Source: Terriglobia bacterium (GTDB taxonomy: Bacteria; Acidobacteriota; Polarisedimenticolia; Polarisedimenticolales; JAIQFR01). Taken from it: a stretch of 64,000 nt of DNA. This document shows positions 45,407 through 58,533 of this stretch, piece after piece. Each line of letters begins with the position of its first letter. Position 1 is the first letter of the stretch. Below the pieces are notes generated by a model that searched no databases, was not told where the DNA came from, and worked only from the letters and a program-made list of their open reading frames with translations. Where the stretch lies: NCBI GenBank assembly GCA_963748015.1, contig CAVVHE010000004.1, forward strand, positions 1,152,001 to 1,216,000. Direction: 5' to 3'. A program made the position numbers and the translations under genes.

Positions 45407-46405
45407 CTACTCGCGGTCCCCGTACCCCTTCGGGTGGTCCCGGTGCCACGCCCAGGCCGTGCGGACGATGTCCTCGAGCCGCGGGAGCCTCGGCTCGAAC
45501 CCCAGGCGGCGCGCGGCGCGCTCGGAGGAGGCGACGAGGATCGCGGGGTCGCCCGCGCGGCGCGGGGCCCGCTCGGTGGGAGGGGTCTCGCCGGTCACCC
45601 TCGCGACCGTGTCCACCACGTCGCGCACCGAGAACCCCTCGCCGTTCCCGAGGTTGAACACCCCCGCCTCGACCCGGTCCCGCTCGAGCGCCTCGAGCGC
45701 CGCGACGTGCGCCTCCGCGAGGTCCGTCACGTGGATGTAGTCGCGCACGCAGGTCCCGTCGGTGGTCGGATAGTCCTCGCCGAACACCGGCGTCGGAGGG
45801 CCGCCGTCGAGAATCGAGCGCAGCAGGCGGGGAATCAGGTGGCTTTCCGGCGCGTGGTCCTCGCCGAGGTCGCCGTCCGGGTGCGCTCCCGCGGCGTTGA
45901 AGTACCGCAGCGCCGCGTAGCGCATGCCGTACGCCCGGTGGAACCAGGCCAGCGCGTTCTCGATCACGAGCTTGGTCTCGCCGTAGGGGTTGGTCGGCGA
46001 GAGCGGGTGCTCCTCGGTGATCGGCACCTCGACCGGATCGCCGTACACCGCGGCGGAGCTCGAGAAGACGATCCCCTTCACGCCGAGCCGCCGCGCGGCG
46101 TCGAGGAGGCGCAAGGTCTTGGCCACGTTGTTGTCGTAGTACCGCGCGGGGCTCGCGACCGACTCGCCCACCTGGCAGAACGCGGCCATGTGGACGACGT
46201 ACTCGACGCCCTCGCCCTCGAGCAGCGGTTCGACGACGGCAGGGTCGCCGAAATCCCCCTCCACGAGAGCGACGTTCCCGACCGCCGCGCGGTGGCCCTC
46301 GGAGAGGTCGTCGACCACGGTCACGTCCCAGCCGGACCCCGCCAGGCGCCGCACGATGTGGCTGCCGATGTAACCCGCCCCGCCCGTGACGACGACCGAC
46401 GCCAT
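45407..46405 (-). CDS. galE: UDP-glucose 4-epimerase
   Basis: GGAGYIGSH, YGETK, LRYFNAAGA and DGTCVRDYIHV. Confidence 0.96.
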   Translation of the reverse strand: MASVVVTGGAGYIGSHIVRRLAGSGWDVTVVDDLSEGHRAAVGNVALVEGDFGDPAVVEPLLEGEGVEYVVHMAAFCQVGESVASPARYYDNNVAKTLRLLDAARRLGVKGIVFSSSAAVYGDPVEVPITEEHPLSPTNPYGETKLVIENALAWFHRAYGMRYAALRYFNAAGAHPDGDLGEDHAPESHLIPRLLRSILDGGPPTPVFGEDYPTTDGTCVRDYIHVTDLAEAHVAALEALERDRVEAGVFNLGNGEGFSVRDVVDTVARVTGETPPTERAPRRAGDPAILVASSERAARRLGFEPRLPRLEDIVRTAWAWHRDHPKGYGDRE

Positions 46406-46449
46406 GTCCCCTCCCTGCCCGCCCTCGCGGGCGGCCGCCTATCCTACAA

Positions 46450-47208
46450 CTACTCCCGATACTCCACGCGCTCGAGACAGAGGCCGTGGGCCGGGGCGGT
46501 GGGGCCGGCGAGCGTGCGGTCGCCCGAGGCCAGGATCTCCAGGACGCGCTCCGGGCGAAAGCGGCCCCGGGCGATCTCGATCAGCGTCCCGACGATGTTG
46601 CGGACCATGTGGGTCAGGAAGCCGTCGGCGCCGAGGTCGAACGCGAGGAGCACGGGCGAGAGCTCCTCGAACGACGCGAGGGTCAAGTGCCGGACGCGGT
46701 CCTCGCACGGGCACGCCGCTCCCGCGAAGCCGGACCAGTCGCGCCGGCCGGGAAGGAGGCGCAGCGCCTCCCCCACCGCGGCGAGGTCCATCGGGTGCGG
46801 GTGGTGCAGCGCGTATCGCGCCAGGAACGGGTCGCGGTGAGCGGAGCGGTCCAGGAGGTAGCGGTACCTCTTCGAAACGGCGTCGTGCTGGGCGTGGAAC
46901 GACGATACGACCGTCCGCGCGGCCACGGGCCGCACCTCGGGCGGGAGCATCGAGCGGAGCGAGCGGAGGAGGGCCTCGTCGTCCAGCCTGATCGCGACCT
47001 CGCTGTCGGCGACCTGTCCCCTCGCGTGGACGCCGGCGTCGGTCCTGCCGGCGCCGCGGATCCTCGCGGCCGCTCCGCCCTGCAGGCGGGAGAGCGTCCC
47101 CTCGATCACTCCCTGGACGGTTCGCTTGCCGGGCTGGACCTGCCAGCCGGCGAAGCCGGTGCCGTCGTAGGCGAGATCGAGGCGGATCCTCCGAGGATGG
47201 GCGGTCAC
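46450..47208 (-). CDS. truA: tRNA pseudouridine(38-40) synthase
   Basis: YDGTGFAGWQ, GRTDAGVHA and FLTHMVR. GTG start. Confidence 0.96.
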   Translation of the reverse strand: MTAHPRRIRLDLAYDGTGFAGWQVQPGKRTVQGVIEGTLSRLQGGAAARIRGAGRTDAGVHARGQVADSEVAIRLDDEALLRSLRSMLPPEVRPVAARTVVSSFHAQHDAVSKRYRYLLDRSAHRDPFLARYALHHPHPMDLAAVGEALRLLPGRRDWSGFAGAACPCEDRVRHLTLASFEELSPVLLAFDLGADGFLTHMVRNIVGTLIEIARGRFRPERVLEILASGDRTLAGPTAPAHGLCLERVEYRE

Positions 47209-48153
47209 TTCCCGGCTGCCGAGAGCGTGAGGCGGCGAGCGGCCGTGTCGAGCTTCGCGTGGCCCCCGATCGGCAGGGTCCATTTCCCCTCGAGGTGCCC
47301 GGCCGGGATCCCGGCCACCACGGGCACGTCGAGCGGAAGGAACGTCTCCCGCACCAGCTCGAGCAGCGGCCGGTCCGGCGGGAACTTTCGCCGCGATGGC
47401 TCGGGCTCGAACGACCCGAAGACCGCGCCGACGATGCCGTCGAACGCGCCCGCCATCCGCAGGTGCTGCAGCGTCCGGTCCATGCGGTAGACGCTCTCCC
47501 CCGCGTCCTCGAGGAACAGCACCGCTCCGCGGAAGTCCGGCGCGTGCTTCGTGCCCGCGAGATGCGCCAGCACCGTGAGATTCCCGCCGAGAAGCCGCCC
47601 CGCGGCCTTCCCGTGCCGGATCACGCTCCGCGCCGGGAATCGAAGCTCCACCGTTCCCCCGGCCAGCATCTTCTTCAGGGAGGGGGCGTGATAGGCCTTG
47701 GGGTCTCCCAGCTCGGCGGCGACCGGACCGTGGAGGCAGCTCGCGCGCGTCCGCCGCGACGCGACGGCGAACAGCGCGGTGACGTCGCTGTACCCGACGA
47801 GCACCTTGGGATCGCGCCGCGCGGCGTTCCAGTCCACGAGGTCGAGAATCCTCGCGGTACCGTATCCGCCGCGCGCGAACCAGATGCCCCGCACCGCCGG
47901 GTCGGCGAGCATCGCGTTCAGGTCCTCGGCGCGCGCCGCATCGCTCCCCGCGAAGTACCCGTCGCGGGCGAGCACGCTGCGGCCTAGGATCACGCTGTAC
48001 CCCATCGCGGTGAGAGCCGCGGTTCCCCGGGCGAGCGCCATGGGAGACACCGCGAAGCCGGGCGCGACCACGCCGACGAGACTACCCGGCGGGAGAACGG
48101 GAAAAGTGCCCCTCTCCCGCCGTTCGCGGCCACCCGCGGGCCGGCGGGAGTGG

Positions 48154-48173
<20 letters not shown>
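47205..48173 (-). CDS. ldcA: LD-carboxypeptidase (peptidase S66)
   Basis: ARGGYG, GYSDVT, GGNL, FLED and GH triad motifs. The start codon lies inside the rnpB 3' end and is uncertain. Confidence 0.92.
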
Positions 48174-48584
<411 letters not shown>

Positions 48585-48599
48585 ATCCATGATACACCG

Positions 48600-49250
48600 T
48601 CAGTTGGTGCGGAGGCGGGAGAGGAACGGCCGGAGGGCGGACGAGGGGATCGCGCCCTCGCGGATGATCCGCGGAACGGCACCGGTCAGGTCGAGTACCG
48701 TCGAAGGCGCTCCCCCCGTGGCCGGGCCGCCGTCGAGAATCATCGCCACCCCTTCGGTGAAGACCTGCGCGACCTCGGCCGCCGTCCGGCAAGGCGGTCG
48801 CCCCATGAGATTGGCGCTCACCCCGGTGATCGGCCTCCCGAGAGCCGCGGCGAGTCGACGGGGAAGCGCCAAGCCGGGTACCCGAACGCCCACCGTGCCC
48901 AGGCCTCCCGTCACCTCCGGAGGAAGGGAAGGTCCCGCGGGAACGACGAGGCTGAGCGGACCGGGCCAGAACATCTCGGCGATCGGCCCGAAGTTCTCCG
49001 GCAGCGGCCCCGCGACGGTGGCGAGCTGTTCGGGCCCCGAGAGGAGGAGGAGCATCGGCGATCCGCGAGGCTTCCGCTTCAGGTCGTTGACCCGGCCGCA
49101 AGCCTCGACGTCGAACGCGTCCACCGCCAGGCCGTAGAAGGTCTCGGTGGGAAGCGACACGATCTGTCCCGACGACAGCATGGAGGCCGCCCGCGCCAGA
49201 CGGTCCTCGCGCGGCCGTTCGGGATCCACCGTCAGGATACGCGTGGGCAT
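48600..49250 (-). CDS. tsaC: L-threonylcarbamoyladenylate synthase (TsaC/Sua5)
   Basis: PTETFYGL, KRK, FWPGPLS, SAN and PSTVLD. Confidence 0.94.
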   Translation of the reverse strand: MPTRILTVDPERPREDRLARAASMLSSGQIVSLPTETFYGLAVDAFDVEACGRVNDLKRKPRGSPMLLLLSGPEQLATVAGPLPENFGPIAEMFWPGPLSLVVPAGPSLPPEVTGGLGTVGVRVPGLALPRRLAAALGRPITGVSANLMGRPPCRTAAEVAQVFTEGVAMILDGGPATGGAPSTVLDLTGAVPRIIREGAIPSSALRPFLSRLRTN

Positions 49251-49330
49251 CGTCAGCAATCCGTTGGGAGATGGCCTTTCCATGTCGGGCTTCGGAAGTC
49301 TAACATGAAGCGCGGCGGAGGGATGCAGGA

Positions 49331-50128
49331 ATGATCGGCCGGACCCACACCGCGCTTCGGCGCATCCGCGAGCTTCGCAAGGACCGGCGCGCGCGCGACG
49401 CCCAGGGGGTGTTCGTCGCCGAGGGGATCCACCTGGCCGAAGAAGCGCTGGCCTCCGGCGCGGACATCGAGCTGGCGCTGGTCTCTCCGAGACTCGTCAC
49501 GTCGGAGCAAGGACGGACCCTTCGCCTCCGGCTCGAGCAGGCGGGGATTTCGCTTCTCGAGACCGCGGACAAGGCCCTGGACACGGTCGCGGACGCGCGC
49601 TCGCCCCAGCCGGTGATGCTCGTCGTGCGCGCGAGGACGTTCACGCTGGACGAGGCGATCGCGGGACGCGGCGCTCCCGCGCTCCTCGCCCTGGTCCACG
49701 GCGTCCAGGACCCCGGAAACCTCGGAACCGTGCTTCGCACCGCCGACGCCGCGTCCGCGACCGGCTTCGTCGCGGCCGGGGCCGGCTCGGACCTCCACCA
49801 TCCCAGGGCGGTCCGCGCGACCGCGGGATCGATCTTCCGGCTGCCGGCGGCCACGTGCCAGGGACAGGAGGTTTTCGCGAAGCTCGCCGAGCGCGGAATC
49901 CGCTGCGTCGGGGCCGACCCTCGATCGCTCGAGGACTTCACGAGCGTCGCGCTCGACGGCCCGGTCGCGCTCTTCCTCGGCGGCGAGGGCGCGGGGCTTC
50001 CCCCCGCGTGGCTCTCCCGGATGGACGAGAGGGTGAAGATCCCGATGCACCCCGGCGTCGAGAGCCTCTCGATCGGGGCCGCGGCCGCGATCCTGCTGTT
50101 CGAGGCGAGGCGCCAGCGAAACCGCTAG
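49331..50128 (+). CDS. TrmH/SpoU-family RNA methyltransferase
   Basis: VQDPGNLGTVLRTA, LGGEGAGL and IPM..VESLS. Confidence 0.93.
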   Translation: MIGRTHTALRRIRELRKDRRARDAQGVFVAEGIHLAEEALASGADIELALVSPRLVTSEQGRTLRLRLEQAGISLLETADKALDTVADARSPQPVMLVVRARTFTLDEAIAGRGAPALLALVHGVQDPGNLGTVLRTADAASATGFVAAGAGSDLHHPRAVRATAGSIFRLPAATCQGQEVFAKLAERGIRCVGADPRSLEDFTSVALDGPVALFLGGEGAGLPPAWLSRMDERVKIPMHPGVESLSIGAAAAILLFEARRQRNR

Positions 50129-50131
50129 GTC

Positions 50132-52564
50132 TCAGCCGCGGCGAATGATTCTGAAGCGCGGGCGCGTCGGGGGCGTGACGTCCGGGGAAGGCCGGCTGTC
50201 GGGAGGCTCGGACGGCGCCTCGGGCTCGACCGACGGCGGCTCCGCCTGCGCGACGCCGGACCCGCCGTCGTCTTCCCCTTCGGCCGACGCGACGGGAAGG
50301 TTGAAGGTGAAGGTCGTCCCGCGGCCCACCTGGCTCTCCGCGCGGATCGAGCAGCCGTGGAGACGGAGGAGGCTCCGGACGATCGAGAGTCCGAGGCCCG
50401 TGCCCTCGGGCGGCGCGCCCTCTCCGGTCCCGGCCCGGTAGAACCGGTCGAAGATCCGATCGAGGTCACCCTCCGGGACGCCGATCCCCGTATCCTGGAC
50501 CTGGACGCTGACGAGCCCCTGCTTCCCGGCCCGCGCCTCGACCCGGATCTCCCCGCCGTCGCGGTTGAACTTGACCGCGTTCGAGAGGAGATTCAAGAAC
50601 ACCTGCAGGACCTTCTCGCGGTCCGCGTGGATGACGATCTCCGGGTCCTCGAAAGCGGTGGCGAAGCGGATGCGCTTCGCCTCGATCTTCGTCTTGAGCG
50701 TCTCGGCGCTCTCCTCGACCAGCGCGCGCAGCGGGAAGACCGAGATGTTGAGCTCGGCGGACTCGCGGTCCATGCGCGCGAACGCGAGGAGGTTGTCGAT
50801 CATCGAGATCAGCCGGTCGATGTTCTTGAGGGAGAGGCCGAGCCCCTTCTTCTGCTCCTCGTTGATCGTCCCGAGCCTCTCCTTGAGGATCATCTCGGTG
50901 TAGCCGCGCACCGCGACCAGCGGCGTCTGCAGCTCGTGCGTGACGTTGGCGAGGAGGTTCGTCTTCATCCGGTCGAGAGTGCGCAGCTCGCGGTTGAGCC
51001 GGTCCAGCTCGCGGCTCGACGCTTCGAGCTTCTCGTGCGCGCCGGCAAGCCTGCGGTACGACGCCTCGGCGTCCGCTCTCGCCGCGCGGAGTCCTTCCGC
51101 CTCGTCCCCGAGCCGCCGCTCTTCCGCCCGCTCGCGCGAGGCGTCGCGGCAGACGAGGATCCGTCCGAGGTGCGCTCCCCTGCGGTCCACGAGCGGCGAG
51201 ACGGACAGCTCCAGGACGCGCCCCGGCGCGGCCCCCACCCTCACGGTGTCCCGCCGCACGTCCCTCGTCGCCGCCGCCAGGAATCCGGCGACCGCCTCGG
51301 CCCCCTCGCCGCGGTCGCGCAGCATCCGGAGCAGCTCGCCCTCGTTCGCGCCGAGCACCTCCGCCTCCCGGAGGCCGAACAGCTCCAGGAAAGCCCGGTT
51401 GGTCATGCGGACGATCGCCCCCTCGGGGCGGTCGGCGAGCGACACCACCGCGTCCGACGTCGCCTCGAGGACCGCGTCGAGCCGCGACTCGTTCCGCCTG
51501 AGCTCCGCCTCGACGCGGCGGAGGACGGTCTCGTCCACCGCCGTGCCGATCACCGCCGGGCTCCCGCCGACACTCGCGGCCACCAGCGAGAAGCGGACCG
51601 CGACCGCGGCCCGCCCGTCGGCGGAGACGAGGGTCAACCGGAGATCCTGCCGCTCCCCGGCGGGGCGCTTCTCGAGACGCGCGAGGAGCTCCTGGAGCGC
51701 GATGACGTCGCGCGTGGCGACGCGGTCCCGCAGCGCCAGGCCGGCGAGGTCCTCGGGCCGCACGCCGAGCAGGTCGGCCAGCGCCCTGTTCGCGAAGGAG
51801 ATCCTCCCCCCGCGGAGCACGACGACCGCCTCGGGCATCCCCTCGACGAGGCCGCGGTAGCGGGCCTCGGATTCGGCCAGCTCGCGCTCGATCCGCACCT
51901 CGGCGTCCACGTCCTTCACGGCGAAGACGTAGCCGTGCGCCTCGCCACCGCGCCCGCGGAGCATCCTCACGGAGACGCTGCCGTGGAACCTCGACCCGTC
52001 GCGCCGCACGAGGACGGACCGGGTCTCCACCGCCCGCTCCTTCAAGCTCTTCCGGCCCAGCTTCGGCAGCAGCTCCTTCCAAGCCGCCTCGTCGAACAGC
52101 GCCGCGGCCGGGCGCCCGGCCGCGTCCTCCTCGTCCCAGCCGAGCAGCGCGTTGGCCCCGGCGCTGAAGCCGAGGACGTCGAAGTCCGTGTCGGTGGTGA
52201 TCAGCGCGAAGTCGCCGGTGACCTCGAGGAGCGCGTGGAGCCCCGCCCCCTTCCGCTCGGCCTCGGCGGCGCGGGCGGCGATGTCCTGGCCGAGCAGGTT
52301 CACGGCGCTCGCGAGCACCGAGAAGGGCGAGCGGGGGTCGAGATCGGCCGAGTGCGGCACGCGGCCGCCGCGAAGAGACTCGACCGCGAGAACGAGCTCG
52401 CGGATGTCCCGCCGCTGCTGCCGCCGCGACAGGAAGATCAGGAGGAACAGCAGGAGTGCCAAGGCGGTCAGGCCGACCCCCACCACGAACAGGAGACCGG
52501 CGTTGCCCGCGAGCAGGCCTTCCAACCCGGATCCCTGCGCTCCCGCGGCCGCGTCCTGCATCAT
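50132..52564 (-). CDS. Membrane-anchored multi-PAS sensor histidine kinase
   Basis: One TM, three PAS-like repeats, H-box THELQTPL, NLLSNAVKF, DTGIG and GTGLGL. Confidence 0.95.
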   Translation of the reverse strand: MMQDAAAGAQGSGLEGLLAGNAGLLFVVGVGLTALALLLFLLIFLSRRQQRRDIRELVLAVESLRGGRVPHSADLDPRSPFSVLASAVNLLGQDIAARAAEAERKGAGLHALLEVTGDFALITTDTDFDVLGFSAGANALLGWDEEDAAGRPAAALFDEAAWKELLPKLGRKSLKERAVETRSVLVRRDGSRFHGSVSVRMLRGRGGEAHGYVFAVKDVDAEVRIERELAESEARYRGLVEGMPEAVVVLRGGRISFANRALADLLGVRPEDLAGLALRDRVATRDVIALQELLARLEKRPAGERQDLRLTLVSADGRAAVAVRFSLVAASVGGSPAVIGTAVDETVLRRVEAELRRNESRLDAVLEATSDAVVSLADRPEGAIVRMTNRAFLELFGLREAEVLGANEGELLRMLRDRGEGAEAVAGFLAAATRDVRRDTVRVGAAPGRVLELSVSPLVDRRGAHLGRILVCRDASRERAEERRLGDEAEGLRAARADAEASYRRLAGAHEKLEASSRELDRLNRELRTLDRMKTNLLANVTHELQTPLVAVRGYTEMILKERLGTINEEQKKGLGLSLKNIDRLISMIDNLLAFARMDRESAELNISVFPLRALVEESAETLKTKIEAKRIRFATAFEDPEIVIHADREKVLQVFLNLLSNAVKFNRDGGEIRVEARAGKQGLVSVQVQDTGIGVPEGDLDRIFDRFYRAGTGEGAPPEGTGLGLSIVRSLLRLHGCSIRAESQVGRGTTFTFNLPVASAEGEDDGGSGVAQAEPPSVEPEAPSEPPDSRPSPDVTPPTRPRFRIIRRG

Positions 52565-52592
52565 GCTCCCGCCACGTCCTCCGTCCCGCCGC

Positions 52593-53939
52593 CTACGATC
52601 CGGAGCCTTCCGGATGCGCCCTCGCCGGCGGCGCCCCGGGGGCCGCCGGTTCGGCGAAGAGGTAACCCTGTCCGAGCGGCGCGCCCACGGCGCGAATCGC
52701 CGCCGCCTCTTCCTCGGACTCGATCCCCTCGGCCACGACCTCGGCGCCGATCCGCCTGCCGATGTGCACGAGGGAGGAGAGGAGCTCCTGCTTGATCAGG
52801 TTCTCGTGAACGCCCCTCACCAGGCTCATGTCCAGCTTGAGATAGTCGGGCCGGACCCGCTCGATCGTCGCGAGGCTGGCGTAGCCGGTGCCGACGTCGT
52901 CGAGCGCGATGCCGAACCCGCGCTTCCGGAGCGAGTCGAGCGTCGCCCCGAGCCGGCCGGCATCGGGATCCACCCCGCGCTCCGAGACCTCGAGCACGAG
53001 ATCGCGCGGGCTCAGGGAGGAAGCGGCGAGGAGCCCCGAGAAGGAGTCCTCGTGCCACTCGGGGTCCGAGAGCGATCCCGGCAGGACGTTGAGGAAGATC
53101 TTGCCGCGCCCGTCGCCGCCCATCGCGCCCGACCCCTCGAGCGCGCTGCGGCGGCACAGCCGGTCGAGGTCCGCCGCCACGCCGAGCCGGCCCGACAGCG
53201 CGAACATCGCCGCGGGCATCTCGAACCCGCTGTCCTTCGGGCCGCGCGCCAGCGCCTCGTGGCCGACGATCTCCCCCGTCCCGAGATTCACGACCGGCTG
53301 GAAGACCGTGGAGACCTCGGCATCGCGGATGATCCGCCGGAGCTCCGCCCCGCGCGTCGCCTCCGCCCGGCGCCAGAGGCGATCGTTCAGCGTCCGCGCC
53401 TCCTCGACCGCCGAGTGCACCCGGCGCTCGAAACGGTAGAAAGGGTTCTCCGAGAGGAGCGAGTGGCCGACGCGGAACACGAGGCGCGGCGAGAGCCCCG
53501 CCCACTCCTCGTCGTCGAACGCCTCCTCGAGCCGGCTTCGCGCGGAAGCGCCCATCCGCGACAGGTCGGCCGGGTGCACCTCGGCTCCCGACGCGGTCTC
53601 CGGGACGAAGAGCACGAAGCGGTCGCCGGCGACGCCGTTGACCGCCAGCAGCGTGCCCGGGGGCAGGACCTCTCCCGGGAGGTGCCGGAGCGTCTCCGCG
53701 ATCCTCGCGAGGACCCGATCGAATATCTGCCAGCCGTAGAGCGACTCGACGAGCTCGAGGTTGGCGACGTCCACGTGCAGCACGCCGAGATGCCGTCTCG
53801 CGTCGAGAGCGGTCCGGAGGTTGTCGAAGAGGAGCGCGTAGGCCGGCAGCCCCGTGATCCGGTCGTGCAGGGCGCTGCGCAGCTTGAGCAGCTCGTTCCG
53901 GAAGCGATCGTCGAGGAGGGCCGGGTCCAGGTGTTCCAT
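52593..53939 (-). CDS. Degenerate-GGDEF plus EAL c-di-GMP phosphodiesterase
   Basis: AGDRF replaces GGDEF. EAL, FLNV, EVSE, LDDVGTGYASL, KLD, EGIE and QGY are intact. Confidence 0.92.
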   Translation of the reverse strand: MEHLDPALLDDRFRNELLKLRSALHDRITGLPAYALLFDNLRTALDARRHLGVLHVDVANLELVESLYGWQIFDRVLARIAETLRHLPGEVLPPGTLLAVNGVAGDRFVLFVPETASGAEVHPADLSRMGASARSRLEEAFDDEEWAGLSPRLVFRVGHSLLSENPFYRFERRVHSAVEEARTLNDRLWRRAEATRGAELRRIIRDAEVSTVFQPVVNLGTGEIVGHEALARGPKDSGFEMPAAMFALSGRLGVAADLDRLCRRSALEGSGAMGGDGRGKIFLNVLPGSLSDPEWHEDSFSGLLAASSLSPRDLVLEVSERGVDPDAGRLGATLDSLRKRGFGIALDDVGTGYASLATIERVRPDYLKLDMSLVRGVHENLIKQELLSSLVHIGRRIGAEVVAEGIESEEEAAAIRAVGAPLGQGYLFAEPAAPGAPPARAHPEGSGS

Positions 53940-53943
53940 GGCC

Positions 53944-54354
53944 TCAGGCCCCCGCGGGAAGCGAGCCGGTGCCCACGCCGGCCTCGCCGAGCACGCGCCG
54001 CACCCGCGTCAGGAGATCGTCCACCTCGAACGGCTTGGTCAGGTAATCCGCCGCTCCTTCCTGGAGACCGTGGACCTTGTCCCGGACCTCGCCCTTCACC
54101 GAGAACATCACGACCGGCAGGTGACGCGTCGTGTCGTCCGCCTTGATGAGGCGCAGCGTCTCCCAGCCGTCCATCTCCGGCATGTTGATGTCGAGCAGCA
54201 CGAGATCGAATCCCTGGCGCCTCGCGATGCTCAGCGCCTCGGATCCGTTCCGGGCGGAGGCGACGGCATAGGCGGCCGAGCCCAGCACGGCCGTCGCCAG
54301 CTCCACGACCGAGGGATCGTCGTCCACGACGAGGATCCGCGCCCCGGCCGTCAC
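53944..54354 (-). CDS. Single-domain response regulator
   Basis: ILVVDDD, LLDINMPEMDG and YLTKPF. GTG start overlaps the upstream stop. Confidence 0.93.
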   Translation of the reverse strand: MTAGARILVVDDDPSVVELATAVLGSAAYAVASARNGSEALSIARRQGFDLVLLDINMPEMDGWETLRLIKADDTTRHLPVVMFSVKGEVRDKVHGLQEGAADYLTKPFEVDDLLTRVRRVLGEAGVGTGSLPAGA

Positions 54355-55043
54355 GGCGCCTCCTCGGTCTTCTCGCGGAGGAAACGCGAGATCTCGAGGC
54401 GGCTCCGCGCGCTCAACGCGTTGAACCGGACGCCCGCGCCGGCCGCGCCGCCGGGCAGCGTGCCCTCTTCGACGGTTCGCACTACCTCGCCCTGCGCCCG
54501 GATCGTCTGCGCGCCCGGCTCCCCCAGGCTGAAGATCAGGTCGAGCGTGTCGCCCGGCTCGAGCCGCTCGCGGGTCGAGAGGAACACTCCCGTCGCGCCG
54601 AGATCGCGGACGAGCGCCGGGCGCTCCGACCCGAGCCGCTCGTATCGCGCCTCGAGCGCGACCGGAACGCGGCTCGACGCGCGCTCTGCGAGAGAGACGA
54701 ACCGCCGGATCGCGTCGAGGAACGGCTCGCGCTCGAGCGGCTTCGGAACGAACGCGTCTCCGCCCGCGGCGGCGCAGCGGGGATGGCGGAGTGGCGACGC
54801 CATGAAGACGACGGGGGTCGCGCGAAGCTCGGGGTCGGCCTTGATCGCGCCGCACAGCGCGATGCCGTCGAGAACCGGGAGGTCGGCCTCGGTGACGATC
54901 ACGTGCGGCCGGTGGGTGCGCGCCGTCTCGAGTGCTTCCTGTCCCGTCGTGGCCGTGAGCACTTCGCACCCCGTGCGTTTCAGGAACGTTCGCGCCAGCT
55001 CGAGAAACAACTGCACCTCGTCGACCAGCAGGATCTTGGTCAT
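54351..55043 (-). CDS. Receiver-PilZ domain protein (pseudo-receiver)
   Basis: KILLVDE..VIVTEADLP (Asp replaced by Glu)..KP. PilZ motifs ERASSR and DLGATG. Confidence 0.88.
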   Translation of the reverse strand: MTKILLVDEVQLFLELARTFLKRTGCEVLTATTGQEALETARTHRPHVIVTEADLPVLDGIALCGAIKADPELRATPVVFMASPLRHPRCAAAGGDAFVPKPLEREPFLDAIRRFVSLAERASSRVPVALEARYERLGSERPALVRDLGATGVFLSTRERLEPGDTLDLIFSLGEPGAQTIRAQGEVVRTVEEGTLPGGAAGAGVRFNALSARSRLEISRFLREKTEEAP

Positions 55044-55224
55044 CCGGCCCCCCCCTCCGGTCCAGATAGGGATCCGCTGCGCGAGCGACCCGCCGCGTGG
55101 TTCCGCCGACTCTCCGGAAAGGTACCACCGCCGGGAGCGCAGGGGCAACGAGAATTGTGCACCTCTCCGCGCCGCGGGGGCCGCGTCTTCGGCGTTTTCG
55201 GGAACGTCGGCGCGAGGTGCGGGC

Positions 55225-55590
55225 TCACTCGGCCAAAGGTGACGAAACGGAGCCTGAAGGGAGGATCCTGAACCGGCCTTCGAGCCGCCCGCCCGGCTCG
55301 GAGCCGAGCGACGGCGCCTCGCCGCTTCCGATCCAACTTCCGGTTGCGCCGACGTGGGCCTCGACGCCGACGCGGAGATTTCCCTCGAGGCTGCCCATCA
55401 CGTCGAGGCGCGTCACGTCGCCGTCCACCTCCGCTCGTCCCGCGGGCGCGATCTCGAGCGTGCCGACCCACGACACGCGCCCGACGAGCAGCCCTTCGAC
55501 CCGGACGTGCCCTTCACCGACGAGATGTCCGCGCGCGATCGCGCCGCGGCCGACCCTCGAGCCCGCCACCGACGCTTTCTTCTTGGCCAT
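55225..55590 (-). CDS. Second, divergent bactofilin
   Basis: VGRGAIARGHL..VRVEGLLVGRV..GGRLEGRF beta-helix pattern. Confidence 0.75.
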   Translation of the reverse strand: MAKKKASVAGSRVGRGAIARGHLVGEGHVRVEGLLVGRVSWVGTLEIAPAGRAEVDGDVTRLDVMGSLEGNLRVGVEAHVGATGSWIGSGEAPSLGSEPGGRLEGRFRILPSGSVSSPLAE

Positions 55591-55648
55591 GAAGCTCGCT
55601 CTCTTGCCCAGCGACGATCTTGGGATCGGGTCAGCAGAATGAGCGACT

Positions 55649-55724
55649 TGGAGCGGGAAACGGGATTCGAACCCGCGACCCTCAGCTTGGGAAGCTGATG
55701 CTCTACCAACTGAGCTATTCCCGC
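55649..55724 (-). tRNA. tRNA-Gly(CCC)
   Basis: GCGGGAATAGCTCAGTTGGTAGAGC..TCAGC-TTCCCAA-GCTGA..GGTTCGAATCC..TTCCCGCTCCA, 76 nt. Confidence 0.97.
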
Positions 55725-56325
55725 ATGCTGGGCCGAAGCCGCAGCATAGCGGGGGCTAGCGGGTTCCGTCAAGAGCGGTCGGGCGTCCGCACCGGCCGCG
55801 TCGTGTGCGAGATGCTGTCCTCGTCGTCCTCCCGGAGGAACGCGGCCTCGGGCCCCGTCGACGTGGTCCGGGCAATCTCCGCCCTTGCGGCCCAGGCTCC
55901 TCGAGAATCGCCTTCGCCGCATTGCCGATCTCGACCCGCTTGGAGCGGGCCGTCGTGTTCCGGGATGCGAACGAGGCGAAGCCTCCCCGCGTGTCCACGT
56001 CCACCCACCGGATACCCGCGGCATCGCGGAGTCGGGCGCCCGTGCCCGAGGCCTTCCTGGGAGGGTTCCGCCCTCCCCGTTCGAAAGCGATCTCCCAGCT
56101 GGACGGAGGACAGCCCATCCCGGCGCAAGTCGAACTTCGGGGTGCCGTCCGTCCGGGATCGTTCGTGGGTGCTGCTGTTGACAGATGCTTCTGCCCGAAG
56201 GCGCCTGCTTTTTCGGTGCATCTTGATTTGGACCCTGGCCGACCGTATAAGGTCCACGGGTATTGTCACGAGGCTCGTGCGGCCTCGACGATGACTACCG
56301 CGCTCGCCTCGGGCTGAGGGGCCAA

Positions 56326-58482
<2,157 letters not shown>

Positions 58483-58533
58483 CAGATCCCGCGCGTCCGT
58501 CGGCCGGTCTGGAGGTCGGCCCCGAATCGCCGC

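Noticed and set aside
55730..56320. Integrase or prophage remnant next to tRNA-Gly
   Set aside because: No recombinase motifs or att duplication. The overlapping ORFs are unconvincing, so it was left unannotated.
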